From Candidatus Doudnabacteria bacterium (GTDB lineage Bacteria; Patescibacteriota; Doudnabacteria; UBA920): a DNA stretch of 64,000 bases. The notes under the pieces are model-generated. The model ran no database searches. It worked only from the letters and a program-made list of their open reading frames with translations, and was not told the DNA's origin. Below are positions 58,070-64,000 of this stretch, piece by piece. A program made the translations under genes and the position numbers. Each line of letters starts with the position of its first letter. The stretch's first letter is position 1. The stretch lies in contig JARLHZ010000025.1 of NCBI GenBank assembly GCA_031291995.1, positions 91,965 through 155,964 of the forward strand, read 5' to 3'.

Positions 58070-58834
58070 TTATGAACCAGCTGGTTTTGGACCATCCATT
58101 TCTCTGTTCCAACAAATAAAATTTTTAATTTTCTGAATATCGTAAATAAACAAGCCTTGTGAGGTTAGAGACGCTAATTCACTGGCCACTCTTCGAGGAG
58201 TGGAAAAAATAAAGACCTTTTTACCATTTTGGAGCAACTGCTCAATAGGCCCCGCAAAATCGCTGTCTCCGCTCCAAAGCACGAAACAATCCGCTTCCTT
58301 TTTCTCAAAAGCAAGCATCATGTCCCGGCCAATTTCTACATCAAAATTGCATTTGCGATCTTCAATAAAGTAAGTCCCGAGTTTGTTTAACTCTCCCAGT
58401 TGCGCGTTTAGGTACTCAACCACTTCAACCTTTAACCGCCTTAAAAGCGAAGGCCGAATAAAACTTTTAAGGATATCAGTAGATGACGGAGAAATACTGG
58501 AGACATCAATAGACTTTTGCATAATTTTTACAGGTTTTGTAATACAGCCAGGTCCAAAAGCCTTAGTAAGGTCCTTATTTTCGTGTTCAGACTCTTTATC
58601 GCCAATTAAAGTACCGTTATAAATCTTAATTTCCTTGACAGCGCCAAAGGAGTCAAAAAACTGTTTGACCCTAAAAGGCTCTACATGCCAACCCAACTTA
58701 TCGGCCCACGGTCTAACATTGGCAAAATCGATATAAATTTTCGTAGAAACGCTTAAAAGCGTATCCATCTCGGAAATTCTTTCCGGGAACATTTGCGCAA
58801 GTAAGTCAATTTTTACCGTTTTGGCTTTAAACAT
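58070..58834 (-). CDS. NYN (PIN-like, LabA/DUF88) domain protein
   Basis: IYIDFANV, KCNFDVEI, LWSGDSDF. Confidence 0.88.
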   Translation of the reverse strand: MFKAKTVKIDLLAQMFPERISEMDTLLSVSTKIYIDFANVRPWADKLGWHVEPFRVKQFFDSFGAVKEIKIYNGTLIGDKESEHENKDLTKAFGPGCITKPVKIMQKSIDVSSISPSSTDILKSFIRPSLLRRLKVEVVEYLNAQLGELNKLGTYFIEDRKCNFDVEIGRDMMLAFEKKEADCFVLWSGDSDFAGPIEQLLQNGKKVFIFSTPRRVASELASLTSQGLFIYDIQKIKNFICWNREMDGPKPAGS

Positions 58835-59001
58835 AATAATGTGCTATTAGTAATGGCTGGCAATAATAACTTGGAATATGCTATGGTGTCCCTCCGGAGA
58901 ATCCGGAACTTAAGCTGTAAATAACCATTTTCCTAGACGCCGCCATTCTTGAATACCTAAGGGGATGTGATTCCTTGTCGCCCTCCCCTTTTTTATTTAT
59001 A

Positions 59002-60996
59002 TTATAGCTGCTTTAATAAATCCAATAGCTCGTTTTCCACCTTTTCTATATCTGTCTCTATGGCTTCAAGACTCCTTGGGGCTTCGTATTTGTAGAAGTG
59101 GCGGGTAAAGGGAATTTCGTAGCCGACAATACCAACTTTGCCGTCTTTGTGGTCGACTATCGATGTGTTTATCCAGACATCAGGAACGTAAGGCTTAACC
59201 TCTTTTTCAAAATATTGTTTAATGTCCATTTCGTAAGGCACATTTTCATAGTCGCGCAGTTCGCTGTCGGGTTCTATATTACCGTCTTTGTCGGTGCATA
59301 TAACAGCATTTTCATCACGCTCGCCCAGAGCATCTACAACAATTTTAATAATTGTAGCGCTTTTTTTAAGATGTTTAAAATACGTTTGTATTTTTTGGAC
59401 AAACAATTCCCTACTGTTTATGGGAGCTTTAAAATCCTTGGCTAACTGGCCAAAAATAGTAATAACTTCCTCCATTTCTTTGGCTGGAAGTTTTTTAAAG
59501 GCGTTTTCGTGTGATATTTTGTCCAGGGAGTCTTTAGTAACTTCAAACTTAAGCTTTAGCGGCCGTTCAATAGTTATTTGTCTGTAAGCAAAATCCGTGG
59601 TTATAAAGATTTTAGAGAATTCACCCTCCTCGTACTTTTCGTATAGCTCAACAATTTTCTTTTTAGACTCCGCGTCTATTTCATGTCTCTTACTACCAAG
59701 ACTTTTCCGAGTTTTTTTAAAAAACGTACGGCCGTCTATAAGTTGAACTTTGCCTTTTCTTTCCTTAGATTTTCTGTTGGTAACAAACCATAGGTAAGTG
59801 TTTATGCCTGTGTTATAAAAAAGTTGGTCCGGCAATGCTACAATGGCTTCCAATAAGTCTTTTTCCAGTATCCACCTGCGGATTTCGCTTTCGCCACTTC
59901 CGGCGTCTCCGGTAAACAGTGGAGAACCATTATGAACAATAGCTATGCGGGAGCCACCGTCTTTTTCCGGTTTCATTTTGGAAATAAGGTGCTGTAAAAA
60001 CAAAAGCTGGCCATCGGAAATACGGGGCGTACCCGCGCCAAACCTGCCGGCGTAACCGCGGGCGGCTTCGCGTTCTACAGAGTCTTTGTCTTTTTTCCAG
60101 TCAACCCCATAGGGTGGATTGGAAAGCCCGTAGTCGAAAACCTCGCCAAAAAATTGGTCGTTGGCAAGCGTGCTCGCTTTGGAATGGTCTTTCTCTCCGC
60201 CGCGAATAAGGTCAGGGTCGTCACCCTTTATAAGCATGTCGGACTTAGCCATGGCGTAGGTAATGGAGTTTAACTCTTGACCGTAGAGAAAGATATCGGC
60301 CTCCTTGTTAATTTTAGTAAGAATGTAATCTTTAGACACACTTAACATTCCACCGGTGCCGCACGCAGGATCATATATTTTTTTAATAACATGGGGTTTT
60401 TGAAGATCCTTAATGTCCGGTGAAAAAAGCAATTCAGTCATAAGTTCTATTACATCGCGCGGGGTGTAGTGTTCTCCGGCAGTTTCATTGGACATTTCAG
60501 AAAATTTGCGGAGCAACTCTTCAAAAATATGCCCCATTTGGTAGTTGTCCACCTTGGAAGGATGAAAAGCAACGCCGTTTAATATTTGAATAATTTCGAA
60601 TAATAAATTTCCGCCTTCTAATCTCTCTAGCTGTTTGTTAAAATCAAACTTTTCAAAAATATCCTGAATATTTTTGCTATAACCGTTTATATACTGCTTA
60701 AAGTTTTTTGCCAAATGTTTTGGTTCGCCAAGGATCGTTTTAAAATCATAATCGGAAATATTATAAAAAGCCGTGCCCGAAGTTTTTTTAAGAATTGGGT
60801 CCAGATCGTTTATTTTGCCTTTGTATTCGTTGTACTTTTCCAAAACTTTTGGTTTTGTATCCGCGAGAATAGAATCCAGGCGTTTTAAGACCACCAGCGG
60901 AAGTATTACGTCCTGGTATTCGTGCTGTTTCCAACCTCCGCGCAAGATATCGGCAATATTCGAGATCATTGATGTTTTTTGGCTAAAATTTTCCAT
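59002..60996 (-). CDS. hsdM: type I R-M methyltransferase subunit
   Basis: GEHYTPR, YDPACGTGG, NPPY. Confidence 0.95.
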   Translation of the reverse strand: MENFSQKTSMISNIADILRGGWKQHEYQDVILPLVVLKRLDSILADTKPKVLEKYNEYKGKINDLDPILKKTSGTAFYNISDYDFKTILGEPKHLAKNFKQYINGYSKNIQDIFEKFDFNKQLERLEGGNLLFEIIQILNGVAFHPSKVDNYQMGHIFEELLRKFSEMSNETAGEHYTPRDVIELMTELLFSPDIKDLQKPHVIKKIYDPACGTGGMLSVSKDYILTKINKEADIFLYGQELNSITYAMAKSDMLIKGDDPDLIRGGEKDHSKASTLANDQFFGEVFDYGLSNPPYGVDWKKDKDSVEREAARGYAGRFGAGTPRISDGQLLFLQHLISKMKPEKDGGSRIAIVHNGSPLFTGDAGSGESEIRRWILEKDLLEAIVALPDQLFYNTGINTYLWFVTNRKSKERKGKVQLIDGRTFFKKTRKSLGSKRHEIDAESKKKIVELYEKYEEGEFSKIFITTDFAYRQITIERPLKLKFEVTKDSLDKISHENAFKKLPAKEMEEVITIFGQLAKDFKAPINSRELFVQKIQTYFKHLKKSATIIKIVVDALGERDENAVICTDKDGNIEPDSELRDYENVPYEMDIKQYFEKEVKPYVPDVWINTSIVDHKDGKVGIVGYEIPFTRHFYKYEAPRSLEAIETDIEKVENELLDLLKQL

Positions 60997-61008
60997 ATTT
61001 AGATTTTG

Positions 61009-62145
61009 TTATTTGGTAAAGAGGTCAATATATTTTGTTAAGTAGAATATCCTGTCTTTTTTAAAACCCGTTTTTTCGGAAAATAAACCAAGTCTTTCAA
61101 AATCAGTGGCAATAGCTGATGCAGTTGGGAATGTAACAGAAAGCATGGACTCAATATCTCTAATAGTTACCACAGGCTGGGAAAATAACAGCCTTAACAG
61201 CTCTTTGCCCAGTTTTTGGCGTTTAACGCCCATACCTGTTTCAATCGCGTTTTCGTATTTTTTGCGAAGATCAATAATTTTTTCCAAGGTTTCTCTTGAG
61301 CCTTTGGCGGTTTCCAAAACGCCCGTAAGAAAAAACCGTATCCATTGCTCTATGTCGTTGCTTTCACGAACGCGCGAAAGGCCATCGTAATATTGCGGAC
61401 GATGTTTTTCAAAAAAATCAGATATATACAAAGTAGGCTTTTGTATAATACCTAGACTTACCAAATGCAGAGTAATTAATAGCCTGCCTACACGCCCATT
61501 GCCGTCTAAGAATGGGTGAATTGTTTCAAACTGGTAATGCGAAATTGCAATTTTAATTAAGTCCGGAATATCAATATTTTTGTTGTGCCAAAATTTTTCC
61601 AGGTCGCTAAGTAATTCTGCAAGTTCTTCGTGATGCGGCGGAATAAATACGGCATCCTTTAAAGTTGCGCCGCCCAGCCAATTTTGGCTTTTGCGTATTT
61701 CGCCCGGCATTTTGGAAAAACCCCGAACGCTTGAAAGCAAAACTTTGTGAGTATCTTTTACCAACCGCATTGAAAGAGGCAGCTTTTCCAATTCTTTGAT
61801 GGAATAATTTATGGCTTTAACGTAATTTTGTACCTCTTCCCAGTCATCTCGTTTTTCGGGCTTAATTTCAAGCTGCGGCAATAGAGCTTCGTCTAATTTT
61901 GTGCGAGTTCCCTCTATTTTGCTGGAAACTGTAGCTTCTTTGGCAATGTGCATTTTTATAAAAAAGTCCACATCGGGGATAAGTTTGGAAAAAGCATTAA
62001 GTTCTCCAAGATAGCGCATGGCATCCGAAAGCAGCAGATTAATGCGTTTGTCTGCCCATTCAAAGTTAGTATTTACAACAGAAGGTTGGAAACTCTTATA
62101 TCCAAGCTGTTGTTTGTATGTTCCTGCCTTATATTTATATGCCAT
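61009..62145 (-). CDS. Fic family protein with C-terminal HTH
   Basis: SSKIEG; [12 protein letters not shown]. Confidence 0.93.
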   Translation of the reverse strand: MAYKYKAGTYKQQLGYKSFQPSVVNTNFEWADKRINLLLSDAMRYLGELNAFSKLIPDVDFFIKMHIAKEATVSSKIEGTRTKLDEALLPQLEIKPEKRDDWEEVQNYVKAINYSIKELEKLPLSMRLVKDTHKVLLSSVRGFSKMPGEIRKSQNWLGGATLKDAVFIPPHHEELAELLSDLEKFWHNKNIDIPDLIKIAISHYQFETIHPFLDGNGRVGRLLITLHLVSLGIIQKPTLYISDFFEKHRPQYYDGLSRVRESNDIEQWIRFFLTGVLETAKGSRETLEKIIDLRKKYENAIETGMGVKRQKLGKELLRLLFSQPVVTIRDIESMLSVTFPTASAIATDFERLGLFSEKTGFKKDRIFYLTKYIDLFTK

Positions 62146-62856
62146 AGGCCAAGTATAGCACGTAATATAGTCTTGTCAAATTAAATATTTAGGCTTTAAC
62201 CTTTAATATAGTAATAATGAATTAAAACTCAATTTACAATTCCCCCCAAAGCTTACCATATCAAAAGCCCCGGCTTTTGTACGGGGCTTGAGAAATTGGC
62301 TTTCAAAGGAAAACGAGATTTGGGTTTACTCGCAAGCCGGGGGGAAGGTTACAGCTTTTATTTTTGATTCCTCAGGCAGCCTACCGCCTTTGAAATGGAC
62401 TGGCGTCCAACCCGACGCCGCTTGTCCAATACACTCAGCAAGACAATTGCCTCTGCAGAAGTTTTGTCTCACTTTGTTGAATGTAGGGTGATTGCAGTTT
62501 ATTTGCACCCGCTTTAAGAACAATACCTTTAATTAAGGTTCCGGGAACCGCCTTACTCCACCCTATTGTGTTTCGGGCATGCGTTACTTCTTGTTCTATG
62601 AGAAGTTGTTCCGCCATTTCCTATGAAAGCCGACACTAAATAAGACGTGTGCGGAAATTTTTTGTTACATTTTTCCTAAAGCTTCTTCGGTTTCAAACAT
62701 TCCAATATAGGTGTGCTTTTGCGCTTCAAAAGCGGCAAAAAGTTCCGTTTCCGCCAGCGGCACTCCCCGCTACGCGACAAAAAGCTCGACAAAAAGGGGT
62801 CTGGAGCTATTATTTAAAATTCGATAGGAGAGTTTAAATCAGGTAGCGTCAAAGCG

Positions 62857-63054
62857 TCGGAACCCCGACGCAGGCTGGTCGGGGCTGGTTGAACTCCGAC
62901 GTTCCAGATAAAGCCCTGGAAGTCGGAGCAGGCCGATGACCTACTCCTTACCATGGAGTTGCTCTACCAACCCCGACGCCCCTTTGGGGGTCGGGGCTCC
63001 GACCTTTGACGCCGCGAGGTTAAAGCTGGCAGCGTCAAAGCGTCGGAGCTGAGC
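62857..63054 (-). pseudogene. fragmented duplicate of tRNA-Thr interrupted by four palindromic inserts
   Basis: 37-nt exact match (62933-62969) plus collinear pieces TCGGAA, TTGAA and CTGAGC separated by CCCCGAC/CTCCGAC palindromes. Confidence 0.8.
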
Positions 63055-63074
63055 AACCAATAAAAAAATTTTCC

Positions 63075-63150
63075 TGGAGCCGTTGATCGGAATTGAACCG
63101 ATGACCTACTCCTTACCATGGAGTTGCTCTACCAGCTGAGCTACAACGGC
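63075..63150 (-). tRNA. tRNA-Thr (GGU)
   Basis: GCCGTTG/CAACGGC acceptor, ACTCC-ATGGTAA-GGAGT anticodon arm, TTCAATT T-loop, encoded CCA. Confidence 0.95.
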
Positions 63151-63174
63151 ACTAAGAAAATTTTTTTATTAACA

Positions 63175-63963
63175 TCAGCCAATTAAATTTGAGGCTTGGC
63201 CCATGGCTTGGGCTTTTTGGGTTTGGCCGGCTTTTTGGTAGGCGGCGCTGGCCGCGGAGTAGTATTTGGCCGAGGGCTCGAGGGAGGCCGCTTTTTCAAA
63301 GTTTACGGCGGCTTCCTGGGCGTTCCCGTCCTGTTCCAGGCACAGGCCTAGGTTATAATAGCGGTTTGGCTGGGTGGAATCAAGTGCCAGGGAAGCCTTG
63401 TAACTTTCGGCCGCTTTATGGAAATTTTTAAGCTGATAGTGGCAAAAGGCCAGCCGCGCGTGGTAATCGGGATTGGCCGGGCGGTGGTTGGTTAAATAAA
63501 TATAGACATCGGAAGCGTCGCTAAAATTTTCCCGGGAAATATAAAATTTTCCCAAAGCGTCGTAATGGTCAAAGTTAGCCGGCTGAAGTTTGATGTTATT
63601 GAGGTAGTATTGTTCATTGCGAACCTCGCTGGTCGTAAGCGGTTTTGGCGGAGCCGGTTTGGCCGCGCCGGTAAATTTATCGCCAAAGATTTTTTTCATC
63701 TGATAGCCGGTAACGGAATGCGGCCTGAGGTCTTTGGCTTCGAGCACAAAATTCCACAGTTTCTTTAGCCACAGCCGGAGTGTGCTGCGGATTTTGGAAA
63801 GTTCGATAACCGGCAGGCCTTTGGCCGCCAATTTTTGGCCGGATGACGCTTCCGCGCTGCCGCTTTGGCCCGCGGCGGCTTCGGGTAGTCTGCGGATAAT
63901 AATCAACAGCATCCCTAACACCGCCAGAATGAAAATTATATTGGGAATAATTTGGTAAGACAA
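63175..63963 (-). CDS. membrane-anchored tetratricopeptide repeat protein
   Basis: N-terminal TM; TPR-like YYNLGLCLE..G...EA...FEKA. Confidence 0.8.
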   Translation of the reverse strand: MSYQIIPNIIFILAVLGMLLIIIRRLPEAAAGQSGSAEASSGQKLAAKGLPVIELSKIRSTLRLWLKKLWNFVLEAKDLRPHSVTGYQMKKIFGDKFTGAAKPAPPKPLTTSEVRNEQYYLNNIKLQPANFDHYDALGKFYISRENFSDASDVYIYLTNHRPANPDYHARLAFCHYQLKNFHKAAESYKASLALDSTQPNRYYNLGLCLEQDGNAQEAAVNFEKAASLEPSAKYYSAASAAYQKAGQTQKAQAMGQASNLIG

Positions 63964-64000
63964 GGAAGTAGAATTGACAAAATTTAAAAAATTGACATAA

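Noticed and set aside
62326-62617. Two overlapping short minus-strand ORFs, possibly one frameshifted gene
   Set aside because: No recognisable domain; cannot be supported without a homology search
42500-63075. Intact integrative element or prophage at tRNA-Thr
   Set aside because: No integrase, no phage structural genes and no distal duplicate of the tRNA 3' end found

Overview
AT-leaning bacterial window whose gene content suggests Patescibacteria/CPR (inference, not proven). It has three zones. (1) 1-13.6 kb, mostly housekeeping: TrmB regulator, DHFR-like/YhhQ/CofE-like cluster, an unusual tRNA-Ile(UAU), DUF2207, gyrA and rpsA. (2) 13.7-42.5 kb, accessory envelope region: class F sortase with a substrate whose sorting signal is interrupted by an 86-bp IS200/IS605-like mini-element, UppP, an RnfD/NqrB-FNR oxidoreductase with two FMN-binding proteins, two paralogous OmpR-type two-component pairs with five shared tandem boxes, an IS4, and PAP2/DedA/COG4705 genes. 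(3) 42.5-62.2 kb, a minus-strand defence-type island downstream of tRNA-Thr(GGU): Fic, type I R-M, PD-(D/E)xK nucleases, truncated helicase, IS3 and an IS481-like element. The strongest unexplained signals are non-coding. One is a promoter-to-terminator ~300-nt structured RNA carrying an anti-Shine-Dalgarno motif; its 3' half recurs, with structure-preserving changes, on the other side of a wHTH-HATPase-DUF4325 gene. Two small RNAs with their own sigma70 promoters converge on the DUF3800 and NYN genes nested in the R-M operon. A family of nested mini-palindromes has fragmented a second copy of tRNA-Thr. All family assignments come from motif recognition by eye; no database searches were run.
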